A DNA stretch of 64,000 nt, from contig CACHJZ010000005.1 of assembly GCA_902580275.1 (NCBI GenBank), positions 36,065 to 100,064 of the forward strand, written 5' to 3'. The stretch is from an uncultured Pelagibacteraceae bacterium. Lineage in GTDB: Bacteria; Pseudomonadota; Alphaproteobacteria; Pelagibacterales; Pelagibacteraceae. The notes under the pieces are model-generated. The model had not been told where the DNA came from and did not search any database. It saw only the letters and a list, made by a program, of their open reading frames with translations. Shown here one piece after another: positions 27,673-38,228 of this stretch. A program made the position numbers and the translations under genes. Position 1 is the first letter of the stretch; each line of letters opens with the position of its first letter.

Positions 27673-28822
27673 GAATTCTTTTAGTCTCAATTTTAATTAG
27701 TTCTACAGCAGGCTGATCAAAAGGATTAATTTTCATAATACTGCCCAATAAAATTGTTTCTAGCATAAAAAAAGTAAATAGTTCTCCAAGACTTTCTTCG
27801 GACCGTAACAATACATTAAAACTTCTAAAGGGTATTTTTTTTTTTCTAAAAACAATCTCTGTAGCTTTTTTTTGAGCAGATTTAATTTCGTATAAGTTTT
27901 TATTTTTTAAATAATTATAGCTTGGTAATATTTCTGAATTGATAATTTTTTTTTTATCGTGATCATTTACATCAAAAAAGGTAAAGAATGAATTTTTAGG
28001 ACCATCTAGGTATAATTGCATTAAACTATGATTATCTTTTGGCATAGATGAAATTAAGGGCAACACGCCTTTTGAATTTTTTCCTAAACTTTCTGCCACA
28101 AGTTGTTGATACCACGCAAATAAATCATGAGAAAGCTCATCGTAATTTAGAATTATGGAATTAAACCTTTTTTTATTTAAGAAATATTTGATAGAGATAA
28201 CACTATCTATTAAAGAGTTAATAAACTTTTTATTTTTAATTAAATTGTTAATGTTTTTAAATTTTTCAGGTTTAAAGCCCATAAAGATTGCTGGTAACAT
28301 TCCAACTTCAGAAAGCACTGAGTATCTGCCACCAATGTAGTTTTTATGATTTATAATTTCACACTTTAATTTATTGGCTAATAACTTGATATAATTATTT
28401 GAGTTTTCACATATAAAAAGGTTATTCTTTTTACCTTTGAGGGTGGAATAATTAGATATTGTCTCAAGAGTATTACCTGACTTAGAAATTATAATATTTA
28501 AACTTTGAGAATTTTTTTTATTATTTTTAATTGAATTGAGGTTATCTGTGAACGTGAATTTTTTTTTAATTTTTGGTTTTAAAAAATTATAAATAGCTTT
28601 AGATCCTAAAGAAGATCCACCCATACCAATTAAGTTGTAATTTTGAAATTTTTTAAATTTTTTTATTTGAACTTCTGAAAAATCAAAAGCATAATCTTTT
28701 GAAAAGCTTCTAATTAATTTATGATCTTTTAGAGAAACTAAATTACTTAATAAATTTAGTTTAATTTTGTTTTTATTATTTTTAATGCCAAATTTTTTTA
28801 GACGAATGTTTTTAGTTAACAT
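27662..28822 (-). CDS. pgi: Glucose-6-phosphate isomerase (short form)
   Basis: 386 aa with IISKSGNTLET and the PGI signature IGGRYSVLSEVGMLPA. Confidence 0.8.
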   Translation of the reverse strand: MLTKNIRLKKFGIKNNKNKIKLNLLSNLVSLKDHKLIRSFSKDYAFDFSEVQIKKFKKFQNYNLIGMGGSSLGSKAIYNFLKPKIKKKFTFTDNLNSIKNNKKNSQSLNIIISKSGNTLETISNYSTLKGKKNNLFICENSNNYIKLLANKLKCEIINHKNYIGGRYSVLSEVGMLPAIFMGFKPEKFKNINNLIKNKKFINSLIDSVISIKYFLNKKRFNSIILNYDELSHDLFAWYQQLVAESLGKNSKGVLPLISSMPKDNHSLMQLYLDGPKNSFFTFFDVNDHDKKKIINSEILPSYNYLKNKNLYEIKSAQKKATEIVFRKKKIPFRSFNVLLRSEESLGELFTFFMLETILLGSIMKINPFDQPAVELIKIETKRILKS

Positions 28823-29136
28823 TAATTTTTTTTGATTTGTTTAAGAACAAAATCTTCGGCAGACTTATCTTTACTTTCGGAATTTTTATTGAAGTTATTA
28901 TCCTTAAACAATTTTTCTATATCATCCTCTATTGCTTTAGCCTTATTAGATTTATCATTTTTTTTATTAGGTTCTGGTAAGGATCCAAAACCTGGCGGAA
29001 TTTCTAAGGGATTTTTCTTTTCAATTAAAAATTCATCACTATTTCTGTTTTTATTACCAGCTAATCCGTCTTGCACGGCTTGGCATGAATTTAATAAAAT
29101 TAATATGAAAAATAGAAAAAAAAGTTTATTTTGCAT
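28822..29136 (-). CDS. Small lipoprotein (DUF3035-like)
   Basis: 104 aa with signal peptide and lipobox LLNSC, and a SDEFLIEKKNPLEIPPGFGSLPEP motif. It sits next to lspA, as in other alphaproteobacteria. Confidence 0.55.
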   Translation of the reverse strand: MQNKLFFLFFILILLNSCQAVQDGLAGNKNRNSDEFLIEKKNPLEIPPGFGSLPEPNKKNDKSNKAKAIEDDIEKLFKDNNFNKNSESKDKSAEDFVLKQIKKN

Positions 29137-29626
29137 TTATTTTTTCCTCCTTATTAAAAAATAATTCAACAAAAATAAGGCAAACGACTCCAGCCGAAAT
29201 AAATATATCAGCTACATTGAAAATAAACCAATGAAAATCATTATAATTTAAATCTATAAAATCAGGAACTGCAGAATAATAAAGTCTATCGAATAAGTTC
29301 CCAAGTGATCCACCTAAAATGACAAAAAATATAAGTCCTTTAAAATTACTTGACTTTACACCAAGGTATAAAATTACAAAATTAACTAATACAATTATTA
29401 ATGTTATTAAATTATAAATAAATTGTTTTTCAAACGACAATAATCCAAACCCTATTCCTGTATTCCAAACTAAAATAATATTTATAAATTGATTTAGATA
29501 AATATCTACTTTGCCATAAGTTTCAGCAAAATTTATAACATAGATCTTTGAAATTCTATCTAAAGTAAAAATAAATAATGTAATTAAAAAATAAATAATA
29601 ATTTTCTTATTTATAAAATTTATCAT
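29126..29626 (-). CDS. lspA: Lipoprotein signal peptidase (signal peptidase II)
   Basis: 166 aa with NTGIGFG, GGSLGNLFDR and FNVADIFIS motifs. Confidence 0.88.
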   Translation of the reverse strand: MINFINKKIIIYFLITLFIFTLDRISKIYVINFAETYGKVDIYLNQFINIILVWNTGIGFGLLSFEKQFIYNLITLIIVLVNFVILYLGVKSSNFKGLIFFVILGGSLGNLFDRLYYSAVPDFIDLNYNDFHWFIFNVADIFISAGVVCLIFVELFFNKEEKINAK

Positions 29627-29633
29627 TTAATTT

Positions 29634-32360
29634 TTATGTTGGATGCCTTTCACATTCTGCCTCAGCAATTTTCCAACAAACTGGACATTTTTTTCCTTTT
29701 GCTTTTGAAGTTTTTACTTCAATTTGATTTTTTATATTTTCATCCAAAATAGTATTTGCAAGTGAAGTTATACATATTTCTGAAAAATCATATTTTTTTG
29801 CAATGTCATATAGGTCCTTGCTCAATCTGATATCAATGGCGGTTTCTAAGCTGGATCCTATTGTTTTAGCCGCTCTTTTTTCTTCAATACTTATATTTGC
29901 TATATCTCTTATTTTGTTAATTTTTTCCCAGTTATTATTAAGTTCTTCATTTTTCCAAGATTTTGGAAATTCTGGAAACTTTTTTAAATGAATGCTGTTT
30001 TTTTCATCTTTGTTTAAAAGACTAAAAATTTCTTCTGTAGTAAAAGATAAAATTGGTGCAAACCATTTTAGCAAAGCGTCCAATATCGTATTTAATATTA
30101 AAATACAACTTTGTCTCTTGTCTGAATTTTTTTTATCGCAATATAAAGTATCTTTTCTAATATCAAAATAAAATGAAGAAAGATCAACAGTGCAGAAGTT
30201 TAATAATTCTTTGTACAAAACATGAAAATTGTATTCTCTAAAATTTGCTTTAAATTTTTCATTCAAAATATACAATTTGTGTAACATTAATTTTTCGAGT
30301 TCTGGAAGTTTGCTAATATCAATATTAGCATATTCATGCTCTGAATAATTATCATTTATATTTCCCATTAAGTATCTAAATGTATTTCTTATCTTTCTAT
30401 ATGCTTCAGCATGTTGCTCTAAAATTGAGTAGTCTATTCTCAAATCTTCAGAGTAATCAGATGCAGTCACCCAAACTCTAAGAATATCTGCTCCATATCT
30501 TTTTAAAATATCCTCAGGAAAGATCTGATTCCCTAAAGACTTTGACATTTTCAAACCCTTGCCATCCATCACAAATCCGTGAGATAAGATACTTTCAAAT
30601 GGAGCTCTGCCTCTTGTTCCACAAGATTCTAATAATGAGGAGTGAAACCATCCTCTATGTTGATCAGATCCCTCTAGGTACATAGATGCAGGCCACTTTA
30701 AATCTTCTCTTTTTTCTAGAACAAATGAATGTGTGGATCCACTATCAAACCAAACCTCAACAATATCTTTTAATTTAACAAAATTTTCAGCTTTATATTT
30801 ATCTCCTAAAAACTTTTGAGGGTCATCTGAAAACCAACAATCTGATCCTTCTTTTTCGTAGATAGATGCAATATTTTCAAAAACATCTTCATCTACTAAA
30901 ACTTTACCATCTGATTTAGAAATAAATATAGGCAATGGTACGCCCCAAACTCTTTGTCTAGAAACACACCAATCTGGTCTTGTCTCAATCATTGATCTCA
31001 ATCTTTCTTTACCTTTTGCAGGATAAAATTCTGTATCATCAATAGCTTTTAAAGCTTTATCTCTCAATTTATGGCTTTCCATAGAAATAAACCATTGAGG
31101 TGTAGCTCTATGAACTAACGGAGCTTTAGATCTCCACGAATGAGGATATGAGTGGTTTAGTTTTCCATTTGCTAATAAATTTTTTTCATTTTTAAGCTTC
31201 TCGATAACAATGGGGTTTGCTTTAAAAATATGAATACCTTCAAAATTTAAAACATGTTTTGTGTACTTTCCATCATCATCAACAGTTTCGACAGCTTTAA
31301 TATTATTATTTAAACATAAATTAAAATCATCTGGACCATGGCTTGGAGCGCAATGTACTATTCCTGAGCCTTGTTCTGTCGTAACAAACCTTGCCTCAAG
31401 CATCGGTATATCATAATTGTAACCTAAGTTCTTAAATGGATGGGAGCAAACTACTCCATCAAAATCAGATCCATTTATTTCACTTATAATTTTGTAGTCG
31501 TTAATTTTACAATCCTCAACTACACTTTTTAAAAGATCTTTTGCAACTATAATTTTTCTAGTGTTAAAATCACCTTTGTCATTAACTTGTATTACGACAT
31601 ATTTTAAAGATTTGTTGTAAGCTAAAGCTTTATTTGCTGGTATCGTCCATGGTGTGGTTGTCCAGATAATTACTTCAGCGCCCAAAAGATTTTCTAATTT
31701 TGATTTTTTAATATGAAACGAAACATAAATTGTATCTGATGTATGATCCATATATTCAACCTCTGCATCAGCTAGAGCAGTTTTCTCTACAGTGGACCAC
31801 AAAACTGGCTTGTAGCCTCTATATAAACTACCTTCTTTTAAAAATTTACCTAGTTCCCTTACTATTTGAGCCTCAGCATCATAACTCATTGTAGAATAGT
31901 AATTTTCCCAATCTCCAACAACTCCAAGCCTTTTAAATTGCTCTTTATGAACTTTGATCCATTTATTAGCAAACTCTCTGCATTCTTTTCTAAATTCAAC
32001 TACTGGCACATCATTTTTATTTTTTTTATTTTTTTTATATTGTTCCTCTATTTTCCATTCAATCGGCAAACCGTGACAATCCCATCCTGGAACATATACG
32101 GAGTCTTTACCATCCATTTGATGAAATTTTGTAATTATATCTTTAAGAATTTTGTTAAAAGCTGTTCCCATATGAATATTACCATTTGCATAAGGAGGCC
32201 CATCGTGAAGAACAAACTTTTCTTTGCCTTTATTGTTTTCTCTTAATAAATTGTAAAGATCAATTTTATTCCAATGTTCAACGATCTTAGGTTCTTTCAA
32301 TGGGAGATTTGCTTTCATTGAAAAAGCTGTTTTTGGAAGGTTTATTTGATCTTTGCTCAT
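29634..32360 (-). CDS. ileS: Isoleucyl-tRNA synthetase
   Basis: 908 aa with HMGTAFNKILKD (HIGH region), KMSKS as LKMSKSLGN, and a C-terminal Zn-binding CPVCW...CERH. Confidence 0.95.
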   Translation of the reverse strand: MSKDQINLPKTAFSMKANLPLKEPKIVEHWNKIDLYNLLRENNKGKEKFVLHDGPPYANGNIHMGTAFNKILKDIITKFHQMDGKDSVYVPGWDCHGLPIEWKIEEQYKKNKKNKNDVPVVEFRKECREFANKWIKVHKEQFKRLGVVGDWENYYSTMSYDAEAQIVRELGKFLKEGSLYRGYKPVLWSTVEKTALADAEVEYMDHTSDTIYVSFHIKKSKLENLLGAEVIIWTTTPWTIPANKALAYNKSLKYVVIQVNDKGDFNTRKIIVAKDLLKSVVEDCKINDYKIISEINGSDFDGVVCSHPFKNLGYNYDIPMLEARFVTTEQGSGIVHCAPSHGPDDFNLCLNNNIKAVETVDDDGKYTKHVLNFEGIHIFKANPIVIEKLKNEKNLLANGKLNHSYPHSWRSKAPLVHRATPQWFISMESHKLRDKALKAIDDTEFYPAKGKERLRSMIETRPDWCVSRQRVWGVPLPIFISKSDGKVLVDEDVFENIASIYEKEGSDCWFSDDPQKFLGDKYKAENFVKLKDIVEVWFDSGSTHSFVLEKREDLKWPASMYLEGSDQHRGWFHSSLLESCGTRGRAPFESILSHGFVMDGKGLKMSKSLGNQIFPEDILKRYGADILRVWVTASDYSEDLRIDYSILEQHAEAYRKIRNTFRYLMGNINDNYSEHEYANIDISKLPELEKLMLHKLYILNEKFKANFREYNFHVLYKELLNFCTVDLSSFYFDIRKDTLYCDKKNSDKRQSCILILNTILDALLKWFAPILSFTTEEIFSLLNKDEKNSIHLKKFPEFPKSWKNEELNNNWEKINKIRDIANISIEEKRAAKTIGSSLETAIDIRLSKDLYDIAKKYDFSEICITSLANTILDENIKNQIEVKTSKAKGKKCPVCWKIAEAECERHPT

Positions 32361-33289
32361 TTTAATTTTTTAGCCATTTTTACATCTTTTTTTATCTGTT
32401 TTTTTAATTCATCTATACCATTAAATTTTTTTTCACCTCTTATAAACTTCAAAAACTCAACAGTTAGCTTTTTATTATAAAGATTTTTTTTAAAATTAAA
32501 AATATTTACCTCAAGAAGAATTTTATTTTGGTTAAATGTAGGTCTATAACCTAAGTTTGCGATACCACTCAGTTTTTTTTTTGTCTTATTAATTAAGATT
32601 TTAACTGCATAAACTCCTGGTTTAGCTATCACATAATTTCCAATGTCTATGTTGCAAGTTGGGAAGCCAATAGTTTTACCTAATCTTCTTCCGTATTGCA
32701 CAATTCCCTGGATTGACCAATTTCTATCTAAATATTTATTGGCAGTAGAGATTTGTCCATTTTCTAAAAGTTTCCTTATAGATGTTGAAGATATAATCTT
32801 ATTCTTTTTTTTTAAAGGTGATGGATTTATTATTCTATATTTAAATTTCTTTTCAAAAAATTTCAATAATTTTACATCTCCCTCACGCTTATTTCCAAAT
32901 CTAAAATTATTACTTACAAAAATTAATTTTGCAGATAATTTTTTGTAAAGGAATTTTTCAATAAATTGATTACATTTTATCTTTGAAAATTTTAAGTCAA
33001 ATTTTTTGTTAATAACAAAATCAACCTTAAATCTTTTTAGAATATCCAACTTTTGATCAAAGTTGGATATTCTATAATTTTTAATTTTTTTAAAAAAAAA
33101 CATTTTAGGGATTGGATCAAATGTCACTACCCCAATTTTGTATTTTTTTCTTTTTTTTAATATCAACGCTTTTTTAAATAATTTTTGATGTCCTAAATGA
33201 ACACCATCAAAATTACCAATTAATATAATTGAGTTTTTGTGTTTCTTTTGTACGTCAAAATTTTTGTAATATTTTATTTTATTTACCAT
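32357..33289 (-). CDS. ribF: Bifunctional riboflavin kinase / FAD synthetase
   Basis: 310 aa with IGNFDGVHLGHQ, plus GFPTCN and the LEVNIF region of the kinase domain. Confidence 0.9.
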   Translation of the reverse strand: MVNKIKYYKNFDVQKKHKNSIILIGNFDGVHLGHQKLFKKALILKKRKKYKIGVVTFDPIPKMFFFKKIKNYRISNFDQKLDILKRFKVDFVINKKFDLKFSKIKCNQFIEKFLYKKLSAKLIFVSNNFRFGNKREGDVKLLKFFEKKFKYRIINPSPLKKKNKIISSTSIRKLLENGQISTANKYLDRNWSIQGIVQYGRRLGKTIGFPTCNIDIGNYVIAKPGVYAVKILINKTKKKLSGIANLGYRPTFNQNKILLEVNIFNFKKNLYNKKLTVEFLKFIRGEKKFNGIDELKKQIKKDVKMAKKLK

Positions 33290-34098
33290 TTTAAGTATGA
33301 TTGATAATAATTAATCTTTACATTGTATTTTAATTGAACTTTTTCAATATTTTTATCTATTTCTTTTTTATGTATACCCGACGATATTAACATAGAGTCG
33401 AAATTTTGAATATTAGCTCCTTTGATATCCGTATTAAGATTATCTCCAATACACAATATTTTTTTATTTTTTATGTCTGCAGCTTGTCGATATACTGGTG
33501 GATAAGGTTTTCCAAAATATTCAACCTTTCCTCCAAGATCCTCGAATATTTTTGCTACCGAGCCTGCACAATACTCTGTAACATTGCCTCTATCTACAAT
33601 TAAATCAGGATTTGTACATATCATTATTTTACCAATTACATTTTTAAATATTTCTTTATAATATTTTAAGTCTTCTTCATATTCTTCGAAAAGTCCTGTG
33701 CACAATATAAAATTGGATTGTTCTAAATTATCAATTTTATTTTTTTCAAAAAGTTTAAAAAGATCAAAATCTCTTGGGGGTCCAATATGATAAAATTTCT
33801 TCTCTTTATAATTTTTTTCTAAATGTTTCAGTGCAGATTCCCCAGATGTATAAACTTTGCTACATTTATTTTCATCTAATCCCATCTTTTTTAAGAATTC
33901 AATTACTGTACTATTTGGTCTTGGTGCATTAGTGAGCAAAATATATTTCTTATTTAATTTTTCTAATTCGTTTAAAACATTAACAGAATTTTGATTAAGA
34001 CTTATTCCGTTATGAAGCACTCCCCAAATATCAATGAAGAAGACATCGTAGCTGTTCGCTACTGTCTTCAGTCCTAAATCATCTAAATTTTTTGGCAT
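33283..34098 (-). CDS. HAD-superfamily hydrolase, subfamily IIA
   Basis: 271 aa with FFIDIWGVLHNG (nucleophile motif), LLTNAPR and CIGDNLNTDIKGA. Confidence 0.7.
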   Translation of the reverse strand: MPKNLDDLGLKTVANSYDVFFIDIWGVLHNGISLNQNSVNVLNELEKLNKKYILLTNAPRPNSTVIEFLKKMGLDENKCSKVYTSGESALKHLEKNYKEKKFYHIGPPRDFDLFKLFEKNKIDNLEQSNFILCTGLFEEYEEDLKYYKEIFKNVIGKIMICTNPDLIVDRGNVTEYCAGSVAKIFEDLGGKVEYFGKPYPPVYRQAADIKNKKILCIGDNLNTDIKGANIQNFDSMLISSGIHKKEIDKNIEKVQLKYNVKINYYQSYLKW

Positions 34099-34165
34099 TT
34101 AGGAGATATAGCTTAAAAAAATCAATATTTCTTGGTTTTTTAGGGTTTAAATTTCTTGATGATAT

Positions 34166-34194
34166 CTTGAAATAATAGCCAAGCATCTTTATAT
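34166..34194 (+). promoter_or_regulatory. Candidate RpoH (sigma32)-type heat-shock promoter of groESL
   Basis: CTTGAA (34166-34171), then TTTATAT at 34188-34194. Counted from CTTG this is CTTG-N18-TTTATAT, a 6/7 match to the alphaproteobacterial consensus CTTG-N17-18-CYTATNT. I saw no CIRCE element. Confidence 0.4.
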
Positions 34195-34219
34195 GATCCA
34201 CATATTTATAGGAGTTTTT

Positions 34220-34513
34220 ATGAAATTTAAACCTTTGCACGATAGAGTGCTTATTGAAGTTCTAGATGGCAGTGAAAAAACTGCGGGTGGAATAATCATA
34301 CCAGACACGGCTCAGGAAAAACCACAAGAAGGTAAAGTTGTTGCTGTAGGCGGAGGAGCAAAAACTGAAGACGGAAAAATAATCCCAATGGATGTTAAAG
34401 TTGGAGATAAAGTTCTTTTCGGTAAATGGTCTGGCACAGAAGTTAAAATTGATGGAAAAGAATACAGCATAATGAAAGAGTCGGACATTATGGGTATTTC
34501 AACAGGAAAATAA
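34220..34513 (+). CDS. groES: Co-chaperonin GroES
   Basis: The track ORF starts at 34193, but the canonical N-terminus [14 protein letters not shown] begins at the ATG at 34220, preceded by TAGGAG. Confidence 0.95.
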   Translation: MKFKPLHDRVLIEVLDGSEKTAGGIIIPDTAQEKPQEGKVVAVGGGAKTEDGKIIPMDVKVGDKVLFGKWSGTEVKIDGKEYSIMKESDIMGISTGK

Positions 34514-36184
<1,671 letters not shown>

Positions 36185-36215
36185 TCCCCATTAATCTCAA
36201 ACAAAAATTCAAAAA

Positions 36216-36241
36216 GGGCGGTTTTTACTGCCCTTTTTTTT
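36216..36241 (+). terminator. Rho-independent terminator of groESL
   Basis: Stem GGGCGG (36216-36221) / CTGCCC (36228-36233) with one G-U pair, loop TTTTTA, followed by a T8 run. It is preceded by an A5 run, so it may work in both directions. Confidence 0.7.
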
Positions 36242-36371
36242 ACCTATCCTCTTCATGGTGGATGAAAAGTTAATCTAACAAATTTATGTAGTCTAATTCT
36301 AACAAACCACATTCTAAAATTGTACGCATCTTAATAAGTTGTATAAATCACTATTTTGTTGAAAATTAAAT

Positions 36372-36755
36372 TTACTTACTTTTCTTTTTTTTTGATATTC
36401 CTAGCTTATCGCTATGTCTTAACCTTAATATAACAATTGCTCCTGCAATTAACACAATAGCTACTGCCTCGTATACTAATGCTGAAGGATCCATTTCCTT
36501 TCCTTGCAAAATTATGAATCGTGAAAGAGCAGTAATTGCAATTAAAAGTGGTAAAGTAATACTAATTGACTGTTGATCCCAAAACACTCTAACCATTGCA
36601 AGCACCTCTAGGTATAGGAACATTAAAAGTAAATCAGCAAGAGTTACTGATGTATTTATGAACATTAGTTTAATCTCTAAAACTACAGCAATGATAGTGC
36701 TAACTAAAATTATTCCAAGTAAGCCAAGTTGTAAATATTTTACTAGATCTCTCAT
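36372..36755 (-). CDS. PsiE-family (phosphate-starvation-inducible E-like) membrane protein
   Basis: 127 aa with four TM helices. MFLYLEVLAMVRVF and LIAITALSRFIIL parallel the E. coli PsiE motifs YFLYFEFIALIVKYF and YIGITAIVRLIIV (from memory). Confidence 0.5.
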   Translation of the reverse strand: MRDLVKYLQLGLLGIILVSTIIAVVLEIKLMFINTSVTLADLLLMFLYLEVLAMVRVFWDQQSISITLPLLIAITALSRFIILQGKEMDPSALVYEAVAIVLIAGAIVILRLRHSDKLGISKKKKSK

Positions 36756-36796
36756 ACAATTTTAAATAAATGATTCGATTACTAAAATACAAGAAA

Positions 36797-37444
36797 TTAT
36801 CTAAAAATTCTACCAACAATAAATAAACCAAGTGCCACTGCTGGTCCAATACCAAAGGCAAAAAGTATAGTTCCAATACCAACTGTCCCACCTAAATACC
36901 AACCAATACTAACTACCGTTATTTCTAAAAATGCTCGAACTGCTGCTATTGGCAAATTTGTTTTTTTTTGAAGTCCAGTCATCAAACCATCTCTAGGACC
37001 GGGGCCTAAATTAGCTACAAGATAAATACCACTTCCTATTCCAACGAGCAGGACAGCTGCTACTGCTAAGATCATTTTTAAAATAAAGCTTTCAGGGGTG
37101 GAAACATAATTTAAACAGAGATCTATCATTGTTGCTATAATTACTGCATTCAGGATTGTGCCAATTCCTGGTTTTTGGCTCAAAAATACCCAAAGTGAGA
37201 TAACGAAAATACTAATAAAAAAAGTTATAATTCCAATTGAAGCATTTACTTTCAAAGAAATACCTTGAGCTAATACACTCCATGGAGAAGCTCCAGTATA
37301 AGATACAAGCAATAAACCTTCACCTATACCAAATAAACTTAGCCCAAAGCATAAAAAGAAAAAAGTTGATAATCTTGGTTTTAGATTAAGAGGATTTTTA
37401 GAACTCCACGTAACCTTTGGAATATTTTTAATTTTTAAAAACAT
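36797..37444 (-). CDS. YczE/YitT-like membrane protein
   Basis: 215 aa, polytopic. GLSLFGIGEGLLLVSYTGASPWSVLAQGIS...KPGIGTILNAVIIATMIDL resembles the YczE family pattern. Coordinates are taken from the ORF track (see the rejected note on 37441-37561). Confidence 0.5.
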   Translation of the reverse strand: MFLKIKNIPKVTWSSKNPLNLKPRLSTFFFLCFGLSLFGIGEGLLLVSYTGASPWSVLAQGISLKVNASIGIITFFISIFVISLWVFLSQKPGIGTILNAVIIATMIDLCLNYVSTPESFILKMILAVAAVLLVGIGSGIYLVANLGPGPRDGLMTGLQKKTNLPIAAVRAFLEITVVSIGWYLGGTVGIGTILFAFGIGPAVALGLFIVGRIFR

Positions 37445-37543
37445 AGTTTATTTAGTAATAAAACTTAATAAATCCTAATAAAAAATAATTTGCAAATAAA
37501 TAATCTTATTTTAGTAATTAAAAAAATCTATAAACTTACTTTT

Positions 37544-38224
37544 ATGAAAAAAATCTTCATTACTGTTATAATATTAACTTTAGGTATCTTTAAAACTTCT
37601 GTCTCCAAAGAACTAACTGATTTAAAGTTTATAGAAATGGAAGTATTAAGGAATGGCGATGTAATTGGTTTTTCGAATTACAAATTCTCAAAAGAAAATA
37701 ATTTTTTGAAAGTTGAAAATGAAACAAAATTCAAAGTCGATGTTTTAGGGGTAAATTTATTCAAAATTGATAGCTTGGGAATTGAAGTTTATGAAAATAA
37801 TAAATTAGTTTCATTTGAATCTGAAACTTTTCAAAATAAAAAAGTAAAATATGTAAATTTAAAACTTTCTGAGGATAAAACTCAATATTTAATAAACGGT
37901 TCATCGTATAAAGGAAGTGCTGCTCTAAATAATGTTATAGGAAACTGGTGGAACTATCAAATTTTACAAACTGATACCCAAATAAGCCCTTTATCAGGAA
38001 GTGTAAAAAAACAAGAGGTAAAATATATAGGCGATGAATTAATTAAAATTTTGGACAGAAAAATAGAAACAAAAAAATTTAATTTGAAATCAAAAAACCA
38101 AAACCTCCCTGAAGATAAAAAGCTTGATTTTATTATATGGATAGACCCTAGCACAAATATAATTTTAAAAGTTGCATATGAAAGAATGGGTAAATGGGAA
38201 TATAAATTAAAGAAATATAATTAA
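37544..38224 (+). CDS. Secreted beta-rich protein, DUF6134-like
   Basis: The track ORF is 37490..38224. I prefer the internal Met (MKKIFITVIILTLGIFKTSVS, signal-peptide-like), which is 18 codons downstream. The alternating-strand pattern and WIDPSTNIILKVAYERMGKWEYKLK tail resemble DUF6134. Confidence 0.45.
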   Translation: MKKIFITVIILTLGIFKTSVSKELTDLKFIEMEVLRNGDVIGFSNYKFSKENNFLKVENETKFKVDVLGVNLFKIDSLGIEVYENNKLVSFESETFQNKKVKYVNLKLSEDKTQYLINGSSYKGSAALNNVIGNWWNYQILQTDTQISPLSGSVKKQEVKYIGDELIKILDRKIETKKFNLKSKNQNLPEDKKLDFIIWIDPSTNIILKVAYERMGKWEYKLKKYN

Positions 38225-38228
38225 AAAA

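Noticed and set aside
36700-36891. A 63-aa minus-strand ORF bridging the PsiE-like and YczE-like genes, and a 75-aa minus-strand ORF at 51952-52179 across the rhodanese/adaptor junction.
   Set aside because: Both overlap better-supported genes out of frame and have no independent start signals or recognisable sequence features.
37441-37561. Reading the raw lines by hand, I see an apparent 1-nt discrepancy with the ORF track. The minus-strand start codon complement (CAT) of the YczE-like gene seems to sit at 37441-37443, not 37442-37444. The plus-strand DUF6134-like ORF seems to need one fewer T at about 37559-37561 (TTCATTTACTG versus the TTCATTACTG implied by ...KKIFITV...). Taken literally, this would frameshift the N-termini of both divergent genes.
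   Set aside because: The two apparent indels compensate each other exactly and coincide with line boundaries. The ORF track, computed from the sequence, gives two clean full-length proteins. All other hand-checked start and stop positions in the window agree with the track. The most likely cause is my own manual counting at homopolymer runs, so I used the track coordinates. A simple re-translation of 36797-38224 would settle it.
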